Assembly (NCBI GenBank): GCA_036172245.1
Contig: JAYWIR010000084.1
Coordinates: forward strand, 1-64,000
Source: Raillietiella orientalis
Lineage: Eukaryota
Reading direction: 5' to 3'
Length of the DNA stretch: 64,000 bases
Each line of letters begins with the position of its first letter. The first letter of the stretch is position 1. The notes under the pieces are model-generated. The model worked only from the letters and a program-made list of their open reading frames with translations, was not told where the DNA came from and did not search any database. The position numbers were made by a program, and so were the translations under genes. Of the stretch, positions 26,990 to 39,500 are shown one piece after another.

Positions 26990-27560
26990 GCCACTACACG
27001 GAATAGTGTAGAGGGCCAAGCCGGAAATACGCTCTGTGCACCTTCGATTTGACGCTCCCGCAGGAGATTCACAGCATCTCCGTCGAACAACCTTGTCGTA
27101 TCGAACGTGTACGCGCCGAGCGGTGCTGGACGATGGGCCGAAAGGATTTAGTCCTTCGGAACCGTTCAGAGCCAGTGGCCCAATCATTCGGACCCTACTG
27201 TGGAGCGTTTCATTGCTGGGGACTTCGACGCCCTCCTGCTTTCCGAGAATAGTCCCCACAATAGGGAGAAGTTGCTGGTGAACGAGATGTGCGAGTCCGT
27301 GCACGCGTGCAACTTTCTGGCTAGCTACCCTGTTATGGCGGCATCGCCGGACCATGTATTCCTCGATGGACACCTGCTCTCTCGAGTGGGTTGGAGAGAT
27401 TCCATGCCGTCCGTGTTTTCCGAACATAACAGGCGCGAGTTCGAGCTGCTCCTGCCAAGCAAGGCGCATCCAAACAGCGATTGGAGGATGCTTGCGGACT
27501 GGCTTCGCCACCCGGGGGCGGCGGAGCATCTTTGCCGGTAACTACGCGGCTTTGCCATAA
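26990..27560 (+). mobile_element. APE endonuclease fragment of an L1/Tx1 ORF2
   Basis: LQEIH, IAGDFD, SPDHVFL, FSEH, DWRML correspond to APE motifs QETH, GDFN, SR.D, SDH and W. Confidence 0.7.
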
Positions 27561-27574
27561 GTGAGCTGGCTTCT

Positions 27575-28350
27575 CACCAGGGTGCGCCGGGGCGTTTATT
27601 CTTTCGAACAAAACAAATCGAGAATCTGTGGCTTGACCACTGGTCCAGCCACGCGCGAACAAACAATAGCGAGCCTGCCAGGTCACCGCTTCACAGTCCG
27701 GTACGGTCCACCAGGACAGAAGACGGGGGTAGGGACAAAACAAAAAGAAAAAAACAAAAATAGAAAATAAATAAAAAGAACATCTGGGGGGCACGAGAAG
27801 GGAACACAGTCTGCTGGGGGGCGGTTACATCTTTTCTAGGATTCCGGCAAGCTCTTCTTCGATTCGTGTGTCCAGGTGGGCCCATCCCATCGCCATCCTC
27901 ATAAACTCGGCGGCGCATCGGACGGTACCCTTATCGTGGGGTCCTCCTGTTGCCTTGCTCCATGAGGCAACGATCCCACGTAGGCAGCACAAGGCTGCTA
28001 ACGAGGCCGCAGGCCAGAGGGTGTCGCAAACGAAGAGGGTTCTAATTGAGTCCCTGGGGTTGCCGCAGGGGATCCCAATGGCCGCCGCAAAGCGGTTCCA
28101 AAGGGTCCGAAGAGTAACACAATCCATTAACAGGTGGGAGAGGGACTCACCCTCGCCCCAACGTAAGCAATTTGGGTCGACCCCTCCCAGTGTCCATTGG
28201 TGCCGACGGTCATTGCACCCAGTGCAGCACCATGAGTGGCGGACTCCTGCCACTTCAATGGGAGGGGATCGGTGTCCATCAGCACCGGGGGCCACTTCAG
28301 TTGTTCCGGCGGAACTTTCAGCAGCTCGCCTTAGCACAAAAGTCTAATAG
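27575..28350 (-). mobile_element. L1/Tx1 3' fragment with intact 3' terminus
   Basis: NCLRWGEGESLSHLLMDCVTL; UTR; AATAAACGCCCCGGCGCACCCTGGTG. Close relative of 47750-48392. Confidence 0.85.
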
Positions 28351-28619
28351 GGGGTAAAAATTTGGGCCGTTTACCCATTTCCATTTTCCGATCCTCTTCT
28401 CTGTACCGGAGATTTTTGCAAAAACTTCCCATGCCGCCGCAGTGTTGCTACCCAGGAGTCCCATGAAGGTAGACAGCTCTGCAGCGAGGGGAGTTCTTTC
28501 TGCCCACGCTCTTTTTGGGGGGTTCTCCAGGACCTCCCGGAGCGCGAGGCGATCGTTGCGCGCAAACAGCTGCCTTCGCTCTTCGGCGCGCTGCTCGTTG
28601 CTCCTCGCCCACGCATATA

Positions 28620-30970
28620 CGGTTCCCTGCAGCAGGCGGGTCCGTTAACGACGAATTTCTTATTCATCTGCACATGGCTGCAATTGCAGCATCGCGTGGC
28701 GTTGGATCATCGAGCAGAACCGACACCTTCTACCGCTCACAGACGGAGGCGCGGGTCTCAAAAAGAAACGCCGGGAGCCTTGGCGGTTGCAGTCGATCTC
28801 CACAAAGCGCACGACTGCGTGAACCAAAAGCTTCTTCTCGAGTTCTTGGAACGTGTGGGGCTCCCGGATGGCGTACTTGCGCTCCTGCTGGCGCCACGCG
28901 ATAACATTCATTGCTTTCAATGGCTGTCGCGTGTACAGCGTGCCGGTACGACGCGGCATCAGGCAGGGCAACAGCCTAAGCCCGCTGCTCTTCAGCATCT
29001 ACTTTCAGTTGGTGCTCGAGGCTTACAGGTTGATTCTCGCTAACCTGCAGAGCTCCTGTCCAGGTACACCGGCCTTGGCAGCTCATGCCAACGACTTGCT
29101 GCTCCTGCTGCCCATGTCCACCTCGGCGGCGTCGCTTGAAGATTTCTTTGAGTTGATCCGTCGCGGAGTGGGCGTGAGCGTCAACAGGAGCAAGTGCATG
29201 GTCGTTCCGGTGCGAGCGACGTAGGAGGGGCAGTCCGACTGGATTCACCTAAGGATCCCCACGGGCAGGTACTTCAAGTACCTTGGCGTGCCGTTGGGCA
29301 ACTTCTGCGTTGCAGAAGCATAGTCAGACTGCCTTCGGAAGGCACAGCGTTTCTCCTAGGCGAGTTCGTCTTTCCGGAACTCGCCAGCGTATGGAGCACC
29401 TTCGTTGCCCCCCTCTTCCGCCCCCTGTTCGTTTGCCCACTCCCCCAGGATGTAAGATCCAGGCGCAGTGCCTTTTACTAAAAGCGTTGTGAAGCGCTGC
29501 AAGGTACCGTGTCAGACTAAAAGGCTTGCTGGCGCCGCGTCAGGATGCTGGATTGGGCCTCCTCGACATGAACAGCATCGAGCTGCAGGTGCAGTTTCGT
29601 ATGCAGCAGCTCTATGCGAAGCTCTGATGCACGCTGTGGTGCTTACTCGTTCGCCTTCCACTTCTTTCGTTGCTGCCCTACATTCGGCATACCAGAAAAG
29701 GGTTTATCTTCCCGCTGAGGCAGCTATTCTCTCTGCTGGAACCCCAAAATTGGATCTCCTGCCGCCCCATGAACATTGATGCATGGCGGCAGGAAGCCAT
29801 TGCATCATAAGCCGCTTCCGAAGGAATGCGCCCAAAAATATTCGAGACCTGCGACTTCTCTTGAGTCATCCCCTGGACTAAGTCATGTAAGACAAGCAGA
29901 AGTCGGATCGTCTGGCCACCACACCCCTCGCCGCAGAGCTGTCTGCCCTCTGGGCAAGCAACAACAGTAGCCTACTGGCTGAATGGGAGTTCTCCTGCAC
30001 AATTGCAGGAGAGTCTAAGCTCTCCTGCAATTGTGTAGGAGGACTAAGCTCCTTGGCGGCTGGGAGACAAAGGAGCTGGTGCAAGCCGCCACCACGGAAT
30101 CGGGCTAAGGGCCTGCTTCGGTTGAGAGAAAGATAATGTGTGCCCCCCGGAAAGATAGGGGTTCCTCCCGTTTGTTTAGACAGCTCCGTGTTCCCCTTAA
30201 AGTGGAAACAAGATGTGCTTCTGTTTCTCACTGCGGTCTCCATTGTAATCAGCTGCGAAACATCGTTTCCGCGGGAGTTGTCTCGTCAAACTGTTCGAGG
30301 TGCGGAGAGATCGAGTCTTTCCCGCACCTCTTGCTGGACTGCGATGACCTCCGTGAACTGTGACGAAGGCTGACTTTGGTCATCATGCCGCAGACAGGCA
30401 CTGCCATTGATGTGCTGCGACGCTTCCTTAGAGCAGACGGACTTTCGGTAGGCGTGATCGTGTGTGTTGTATTCGTGCCATCGTCATGGCCCGCTACGCC
30501 CTGGAGTTGTCAGCGCAACGAAGGGACTAACACCTGCTTAACTGCATCCATGGAGAAGGCCGCAAGGTGGTCTCACCTTCCGGACGGCTGGAAGAAGGAT
30601 ATCGCCGGCATCCATCGCCGGTTTACAGACGTTTAAGAACGGCGTACTCCGGCGACCCTTGTGACTTCCTGCTCAACCATTTCTTATCCCCGTTCGCGCT
30701 CCGTTGTATTCCTGGTGATAGTGTGTGTATCCTGATGCCTTCCGGAGCTATCCCAAAGACTCTTGTCCCGTCCCACCACCCGTAATGTTTTTCTTTTCTT
30801 TTTTGTTTGTTCTCCCCGATCCCTCGAACCGATCCGAACGCTGTTAAACCTGCTTACGTGCCAGGGAAATCTCTCCTCATTTTTGTCCAGTCGTAGTTTG
30901 TTTTGTAAACTGGTTGGTTTTGTATAAACTTAATGTTTATATTGGATAAACGCCCCGGCGTGACCGGGTG
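28620..30970 (+). mobile_element. L1/Tx1 ORF2 3' half (RT to terminus), degenerate
   Basis: VDLHKAHDCVN, RGIRQGNSLSPLLF, AAHANDL, VNRSKC, FKYLG, CSRCGEIESFPHLLLDC; terminal ATAAACGCCCCGGCGTGACCGGGTG. Confidence 0.9.
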
Positions 30971-30979
30971 AGAAAGCTT

Positions 30980-31800
30980 GGCAACCTGCTCGTCGGAAAT
31001 CTGGTTCTCCTGCAGGATTGCCAAGTCGAAAAGGCACAGAGCGTTCGCCGCTCTGCGTCTCTTCGCACAGTCTTGCAGCCCGTTGACATTTCACCAGGTC
31101 CATGGGCGGCTGGAAGACGATCGAACTGGCAGACGGAGCCACTCCTCGTCATTACTCAAAGAAATTCTTTCAATGGAGCCAACTTCGGGAGTGTGCTTCC
31201 CGAAGAACTTGTGATCCCTCCCTCATGAGTGAACACTTCAGTGCTCTTCCTTCCGTGGAAACGGGACGTGCTTTGGCTGTTGCATTGGGGCTTCTATTGC
31301 AACCAGCGCGCCCACCTCGCTTTCAGGAGAGTTGCCTCCCCGAAATGTAGCAACGGTGCGAAGCAGTGGAATGACTCCTGCACCTGCTCAACGACTGCGG
31401 TGCCCTCCAAGAACTCTGGCTGAGGCTGTGCTCAGCTCTCCAGCATCCGAGGGACACCGCGATGAACTTGATGAGCCTCTTCTTCACGCGCGACGGCCTC
31501 ATGCTAGGTGCAGTCATCTCAACGATCTGTTGCATCGACGCCATCGTCATGCCCCACCACGTGTTGAAGTCGCGAGAGGCCCCAACAGAGATCACCTGGA
31601 CTAAAGCCTCCAGGATGAGGTGGCTGTTAGGTGGCCTCACATCAGTGAAGTCAGGAAGCAGATCTCTGACATTCAGCGCCGGTTCTGAGGAGAAGAAAAA
31701 GCCGAAGCCAAAAACCCCTGTTTCCTATCCCCATATCTTTCTGTATTTATTTACTGTGCCCTCTCACCCGTTCCGGACTTTCAGTATGCCCGACCTACGT
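30980..31800 (+). mobile_element. L1/Tx1 3' fragment
   Basis: LPWKRDVLWLLHWG...KCSNG...FFTRDGL; T-rich UTR start. Confidence 0.65.
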
Positions 31801-32160
31801 GCCTAGGAGCCCTCCCCTCGAACTCCTGTTCCCTCTGTTTTTTTTCCAGGAGCTCGGGCACATTTCCTTGGTGTGCCTGTGCTCATGGCAGGCAGTAGCG
31901 GCAATCGACCGAGGGACACCTCACCATGTGGCGTCCCTCCTTGCTGCATTGGCCGCGTACACGCGGCTGACCCGCAAACATCAGGCGGATCGTTGTTTGG
32001 TCCACTTGCAGAGGGAAATGGCGCGCCGATTGGCCACTTTCCTTCAAGCCCCGGCGAGCCCGCTGCGGACGCATCCTGATCCTGCCTGTCTTTTCCGCAA
32101 AGCGTGGGTGGTAGCGAACCGCGGCAGTACCGCAAACAAATCACGGACCGTAGTTTGGGG
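31800..32160 (-). mobile_element. ORF1 zinc-knuckle fragment
   Basis: IRLMFAGQPRVRGQCSKEGRHMVRCPSVDCRYC (decayed tandem CCHC). Confidence 0.65.
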
Positions 32161-32199
32161 CCATACAGGACTTAAATGAACCATGAAAGATTGATTCTC

Positions 32200-32830
32200 G
32201 GCTGTGGGAACGAGCTTTTGCCTGCCGAGGTTCAGCGGCAAACTCTGCGCTAGAAATGCGTCTCTACATGACACCTTCCTGTAGCCCTGATAAGGCTGAA
32301 GATCCTCCGTACAAAATGTGATGCCATGGAGCTCTTCCACCAGCTCGCGCGCTATGCGCCCATGCATGAGGAGGATTACCTTATACCTGAGTGCAGGTTT
32401 GTAGCCATGGGCTACGCACGCCTGCAACTCACGCGTGTTTGGCATCCCTCCGTGTGCTGCCTCGGCGGCAACGACTCAGCAAAAGTTCCCGCCTGCGGCG
32501 AAACGAGTTGTTGTCCCTCTGTGGCCACTTTGTCATCACGAGGACGGAAACAACTTTAGCTTTTCCGCTTGTGGATGCCACTTGTCCATATAGGCACGCA
32601 CTGGCACATCGCAAGCGCAAAATCGGATGCACCAACGGAGCGATGGAAATACACGTCCGTCCCGCTCGGACTCTGAGTAGGCAGACGGGCAATGTGTCAG
32701 CCTCCTTGCGCTCAGCGAACATGCATCTGATGCCGAGAGGCGGAGATCTGCGCCATCGAGACAACTGGCGTCCGATAACCCCTGTGTATTCGGAAGTCAA
32801 CTTGTTCGACTCAGATCGGGGCGCCTAGGA
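32200..32830 (+). mobile_element. L1/Tx1 endonuclease-like piece fused to an RT-start chip
   Basis: FHQLARYAP...; LMPRGGDLRHRDNWRPITP. Confidence 0.55.
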
Positions 32831-33499
32831 AGGATCGCAGAGTCCTTGGTAGTCCAGCGACGAAGGAGAAGCGAAAATCGAAACAAAAATAAACAAGAAG
32901 AATTGAAAAAGGGAGGGGAAAGTTTTTGGTGGGAGAGCAGGGGAGGAAATAGATCACTGCACGCCGGGATTGGTCCTCTGCAATTGGTTCAGTGCTGTTC
33001 TTGAATTATTCCGGTGGGGTCATCTTTCCCGTGTTGCTCCATCTGCTATTACGTATGAAGTCCCTATCTTTGCAAGGAACAACAGTTTCTCCCTGTTTCA
33101 CCTAGAGATTGCATACATCTCTTCCAATCTGTTGGGTTTCTTTTGAATCCAATCAACTGCTCGGTTTTTTGCTTGGCCAGCTGTACCGAGGCCTGTTCGC
33201 CGAAGGAACTCCATTGTCCATGCTACCGAGATTTTTCTTGAGGCGTAGATGCAGATCTGTGAATCGAAACGAGACGCGTTATCGGGATGGCTCCTAATTC
33301 AGGTTGATCGACTGGCTCAGAAAGGACCCCCTCCTGGTAGTCGAGATATAAAAAAGGGTCGCTCACAAGCTCGCCTTCTCTCAGGTCTTTCCTCCAGCCT
33401 ACAAAAGTTGCAATCAAAGTCGACTTGCTGACGAAGACGAGTAATTCGTGTGACGGTTGATGGATCACTCGATAAAGCTATCGGACATGTCATCGTGCT

Positions 33500-34400
33500 A
33501 GAAAAAAGCTATTGTTTTTGTGTTGCTGAGGGTTCCCAACTCGGTCGCCAGGATGAAGATGCGAAACACCGAACGTACTCATGTGGTTCGCTCCTGCTGT
33601 AATGCCGGCCAGCCGGCAGGCGAAAAGATGGATAGCATCAGTTCAGTGAGCCTTGACCCCACTCGGCCCGAAATTCGCTTTCGCGAGAGCAGCCGAGCCC
33701 TATCTGCCCTATGCGCACGACAAATGCAAAAACGCGTCAGGAAAGTTGGGGGAGAAGAAGCGTTTCGCTGAAAAGCAGGAATCTGAGTCGAAATCGCATT
33801 TCTGTCAGCATGAAGGAGCGTGAGGGCGTTTGTCGCAAGGGAAAACTTCACTGACGGAAGAGAAGCATCGTATTTGGCCATCCCATGCAGCGCACAAGTC
33901 CATCACTGGACAAGAGGGAGTGCTTCCTCAGACTGTGCCAGCTGCAGGGAAAGGGAAACCTTCCCGCATCTCCTGTTGGACCGTGTTGCTGTCCTCCTGG
34001 TTGCCTGGGAACGCTCCGCTGCAGCCCTTCCACTCCCGACGGGGAACGGCAGAGAGCTTTCCCAGTGCCTGTTTACGCGCGACTGGATGTCGTCTGCAGC
34101 TTGCCTTGCAGCTCCGTGGCACCTTCGTGGGATCGTGGAGGCGAGAAGCCGCGCCGAAAGAGGTCAGTCGAATGACGAGATCATCGAAGTCGTCTGCTTC
34201 TTCGTGAGGAAGGCGACAAAGGGAGGAAGTTGCCAGCATACCACAAAGGATGCTGAGAACGTCGGAAAGAAATCCATGATCTCTTTTCTCCTTTGTACCC
34301 CCAAATTTTTAAACTGAACTTCCGTGTTTTGTTTTGTCTTTTCGTTTCCCCCACTCCCTCCCGTGCACACCTCATCGGGGCAGCTGCTCACGAGAAGCAG
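33500..34400 (+). mobile_element. L1/Tx1 3' fragment
   Basis: DCASCRERETFPHLLLDRVA...LFTRDW; T-rich UTR. Confidence 0.75.
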
Positions 34401-35082
34401 CGCCTCCAAGGCATTTTCCTTCCTAGTGATGAGTGAAGCCACTACGAAAGAAGACATTTTCATGCCTTTGCTCCTTTCGGGGGGCGACCTTCAAGCAAAA
34501 TTTGGTACACGTTCGTAGCACCCCTCTTCCGCCCCCTGCATCGAAAGTATTGAATTAAATTATCAAAGGTAATATCAGTATTATTTGTTAATATCGTATC
34601 ACTGTGCAGTCCTCCGGGTCTCCCTTGTCATCCGGTTTTAAAGCTCCTCTTCGTGTGGGATGCCATGTTGCATGCAGGCGCAATTATGGCACTGTGCCAC
34701 TGCCACAAGGTACCAAGCTGAGAGTGGTCCACGAGACAGGGGAGCCATCCTTTTTGCCATCTGCTTCCCGTAGGAAGGCTTGAACTGGTTCCACCTGGGA
34801 AGCCAGCCAGAAGAGGTCGCTGGCATCCTGCAAAGCATGCAGAGGACCCAACAGTTGTGGTGTAGTCAACAGTAGTGTGTGGTGACTTTCCACTCCTACC
34901 ACTGTTTCCCACCATGATTGTTATGGCCGTCGCTGGCACCCTTTTTTGAATTTGGAACTCCAGCTAAAACGATTTGGAACTGCAGGCCTCAAGCAACAAG
35001 GTTTCTTCTACCAGATGGATATCCATCTTTGCCAGAGGAATGGTACATTTATTCTGGTTCATTGTTTTGGATAAGATCTTTC

Positions 35083-36582
35083 TTATCCAAAACACAGAAA
35101 TAAGTAGTGCAGAATCTGGCGAATGTCATCGTTTGAACCAATTATGATTTGAGTCAGAACATCTGGCTGCACAGAGATGCCCTCCTTGGCACACACAGAC
35201 AACATCGCAGCCTGACAAATTATTTCCTGAGGTTCAGAATTCACCTTTTTTACCTTGATTTGCTCAACCCGAGGACGGGAAAAGCGCAAGTCATAGCAAT
35301 GGTTGGTCAGGCTGCGTATTTTGCGATGCCTGTGATCGTTGCATACGCAATAGGCATGTGGATCAGCTTGATCAACTGAATAAGTTTAGCAATGTTCACT
35401 GCCAGCAATACCATCAACTTCAGATAATCAGGCTGTTTCAAAGTAAGCCCCATCATCACTTTTTGCATATACACCTAAAAACAAAATTTCAATTTGAATG
35501 TATGAAAATCAGCTAACAGTCCACTTACTTGAACAAACATGTTTGTAGCCATCCTTTCTATTCTGAATTTTTCAATTATAATCACCATCAGAAGTAGTTT
35601 TCTTGAAAAACAAGTGTTTGTGTTTAACTGTGTTCACATTTGTTTTTCCTACTCTTTTCTAAGATTTATCTGAATGAAAGAGAATGAATAAGCGTTTTCG
35701 ATATGCATGCCTTCTCCAACCTGAATCACCTTTAGTTTTTCTGAAGACATTTTTCCTTCTAACTGAACTGTGGCATCAAATGCTCTTGCTCTTCATAATC
35801 TGCTCCGTCACCAGTTTTGGATGGATGAATTAAAAAAGACCATCAACTCCATAATGGATCCAGATCAACATCCAAAGTAATTTTCCTATGATGTACTAAG
35901 ATTGTAACTTACTTTCATGAATTGAGACACTATACACTTACTGGGTTTCCTATCAAAATAATCAGAACCAGTGACTGATTTTAACTGCGTTTCAGAAGAC
36001 TCCGCAGATTTATTTGCTCTTTTGCATGCAATCAGCTTCCTTCGATTGCCTACAATATAAAACATAATTACCGTGAGAAAACATCACCACTGTCAAATCA
36101 CATAAAGTGACTACTTAGTAGATAAGTAAGGTAAACGTGTATATAATTACTGTTAGCATCACAATACAAAAAAATGTTACAATCAAAAATACCATTCATT
36201 TGGATACTAATCACATCTTGCATGTGTCAAAGCATATGTCAAAACATTCTTTCCTTTTTTTAATTCAGAGTATTAATTTAATGGTAATAATTACACACAG
36301 TCAACTCAACTGAAACAGCATGCAGCTCATCAGATTCCATTGGAACCAATGAAAGGAGCCTTAAACCCAGAAGTGACTATCTTTTCGGAAAAAGTGTTAT
36401 TGAATATTCTTTTTACCATGTGCATTCACATCTGTTTGAAACTCGTCTTCAGAATCCGAACCTATGCATCTAACAGATTTTCTCTTCTTCCTGACTTCTG
36501 TTTTTATTTTTGTGAAATCGTTACACTCAGATACACTGGACGAGACATTCGTTTTGGATCCGAAAAACGATCTTATATCCAT
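35083..36582 (-). pseudogene. RFC1: Replication factor C subunit 1, degenerate intron-containing copy with internal deletion
   Basis: N-terminal MDIRSFFG at 36582. AAA+ segment EVDGIAGSE..IAKLIQLIK...CNDHRHRKIRSLTNHCYDLRFSRPRVEQIK|AAMLSVCAKEG...SNDDIRQILH. Frameshifts and stops present; BRCT, Walker A and C-terminal domain not seen. Confidence 0.9.
35212..35253 (-). other. 42-nt GT-AG intron in the RFC1 relic
   Basis: gtaaaaaagg...tttgtcag; removing it restores RVEQIK-AAML. Confidence 0.8.
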
Positions 36583-39500
36583 TGCGTGAAACGTCTACTG
36601 CATATTACTTACTACTGAGCCACTTTTGAACTTCCAAGATTTCCAAATTCCGGTCATCCAAAAACTGTGCTGAAATTCCAAACCACAGATTAACAAATTA
36701 CACTCTGGCTTTCACATGAAATGAAATTAAACGCCAAACGCGCGAGAATAGGTGTACAATGAACAACAACAAATTCAAAGCAAAAAAGGCGGCCACACCA
36801 AGAAAGAAAATTTGCAGCAAAGAGACAGAATTACAACTAATCGATCCAATACGCAAACCGAATATCTATAAAGCATGCAATACTTCCTATAGCTACACCA
36901 CACCTTGTAAAATACCTCTCAGCATAAATGCACAAATTCCAGCTATTTGCAAACACCGTTCTACGTTCAAAATGAATGTTTAGGTACGAATCAGGAATAC
37001 CAAGCTGCGCTGTTAGCAAAATACGAATTTAATTTTATCATATGCATATTATAGTACATGTGGTCAGCTTTCATTCATATGTATTCCTAATTTGTAAAAC
37101 ATAAAACAAACACTATACAACAATTCAGACTAACTTTCTTCAATATTAATATTGATGTGTGATCATGATGTGTGATCTGTGATTAGATACGATGCAAGGA
37201 AACAAATTCAGTTCAATGAGAAACATGGAAACTTGCTTTTCATTATAATACACTGCCGTTGCGTTCACAGGAATCTTATTCATGAAGATGAGTTTCATAG
37301 AATTTTTGGGACTTCTTTTGGAAGGCAACAAGTGATACGAATCTGCTCACAATCTATATCTTCCGAATTGATCAATATAGAATACACGACTGTTTTCCCA
37401 CACCCTCACCTTCCTCATATGTTCAACTTCTTAGATGCATTGAGAAATAACACACGGAAAATAAATTTTTAAAACGGGGATTGATAGCAGAAGCGAGAAA
37501 TGCCACCGTCGACTGACGCTGGACTCCTCCCGGGGATTCTTTTCAAGTAACGAGACAGCTTCGTGACATAAACTGTCTTCGAACGTTTCCAGGGTGTCAT
37601 AGCTGTCTACTGACTCAGGCATACATGTGACGAAAATTTCTGAACGAATGATTGCCATCTGGAGGCAATGAACAGTCTGTTATTGCTCCCCAATTAATTA
37701 TAATAATTACCCATTAGCACTGTGTGAGTAGACAGAGAAGAACGAGCTGAACGGAGCGAGTCACGATGAGAGCCTATCTCGATTGCAAAATGGTTTTTAA
37801 GAAGAGAGTTTAGCTTTGGTTCCTGTAACAAGTTAGTGCTTTCCTACGAGAAGCATTGTAGCTTTGGATGCTAAGAGCACTTCTGATCATGCATGCACAA
37901 GAACCTTGCATATCGAAGGGAGCAAGCGGAGGCTTCAACGTTCAAAACCACTGCCACGAATGCGGACCACAAAAACATGTGCCGCATGCATGCTGATTGC
38001 GCAGTCCCTAACGCAATTCAACGACATTCATTTTTGTTTTCCTTGAAAGTGGACCACGCCATCGTGCGTGATGCATGGGATTCCTCTTTTGACTGCCGTC
38101 GTTCTGTAGCGCGCTCCATCTAGCAAGTGCAAGTTCTAGGGGTTTCCTTTGCAAGTAATGAAAAGTCGATGAGTTTCTGCTGCGCGTTCTCCCTGTTCTA
38201 TGGGATTCGATCGGGTACATCACTACTGCTGATCAATGTATCCCCATCCCTTGCAATTCTGGAAACTAATAACTATGGATATCTTGCTGAAAGTTTTCAA
38301 TTTTTCAGGCCCTTTGCTTGGGTGATTCTTTAGGACAGATGGAGTGACGCTTCTACTGCCGTTCGAATCTTATAGGTGTTGATCTCTCTGACCGGATGCT
38401 GAAAGGAACTACTTGCAGCAAGAGGAGATCTGCGGACGACATGCATCCCCGGATGCGGAGGAAGTGACTGGAACGAGGTACCGAGCAGCTCATCGCATGT
38501 CTTCGAATGTTCAAGGTGTTTTTCAATCTGAGAAAACAACACTTGTCTCCGCTGGAGGGCTCTGTAAACAGCTGCAAGTTTCCTTCTCTTCCGTGTTCCA
38601 AAAGTAAAGTTTTATTTAGTGGTCACGAACTCTGCATCGTCCAAGAGCCAGCATGTCTAAAGCCGAATAGATGCACAGCTAGCTTTCTAATTTCCATCAA
38701 CTCTTTGCATTCCTGTTGGGTGTGACAGTAATTGCCGGAGAAGCACCTATTTCTCCGGAGAAACAGCAGAGCGTTTGAGACGTGGAATTTTCCTCTGCAC
38801 TAGACTTGCCGCTTCTCATCGCAATTCTCAACGCAATAAAAACTTATTCTCGCCGATCGTAAATCAGTGGGCAAGCCAATGTTGGCAATCCAAGTCCACA
38901 ACTTTTCCACTCCAACAATGCATATTTATCTGTTTCACTATCTGTATGTAAGTATGTGTGAATTTCAGGCATTATAGTCTACTGCATGGACTAGTTACTA
39001 ATCGGATCTCAAACTGTATCCAGCGTTCTCCGCATAGTCAATTCGCAAATGCAATGCCTTGTTCGGTCCAGGTGTTTTTCTCCTGTAGTCGTCAACGAAA
39101 TCGTACAGACAAACAAACAATCTCATGTTATCTCTTGAAGCGCAGCTGAAAACAAAATGCTGTGCAAAATAAAAGGAACTTTCAAGCAGACCATCTGAAT
39201 TTCGCAAGTTCACCATCTCCACTCCTCACTATGTAATTTCTCTTACATGGTAAATCGGTTCGCCTTCACGCACTTTTCCCAAATTTCAATACTATTTATT
39301 GATGGCATATTACATTTTCACCTTGTTGAAAGTGTTAATATTCATGCGGCGCTTAAGGAGGGGCGTGTTTTCCGTCTCACTACAAGATGCCACCACCAAC
39401 ATAGGTGTGCGTGCAAGTTCTGTTGCTACCCCATGGAATCCGTTGCGAGGCGTTCACTGAATATCTGCATACCTAATAAATGTTAGCAAGAGAAGCAGAC

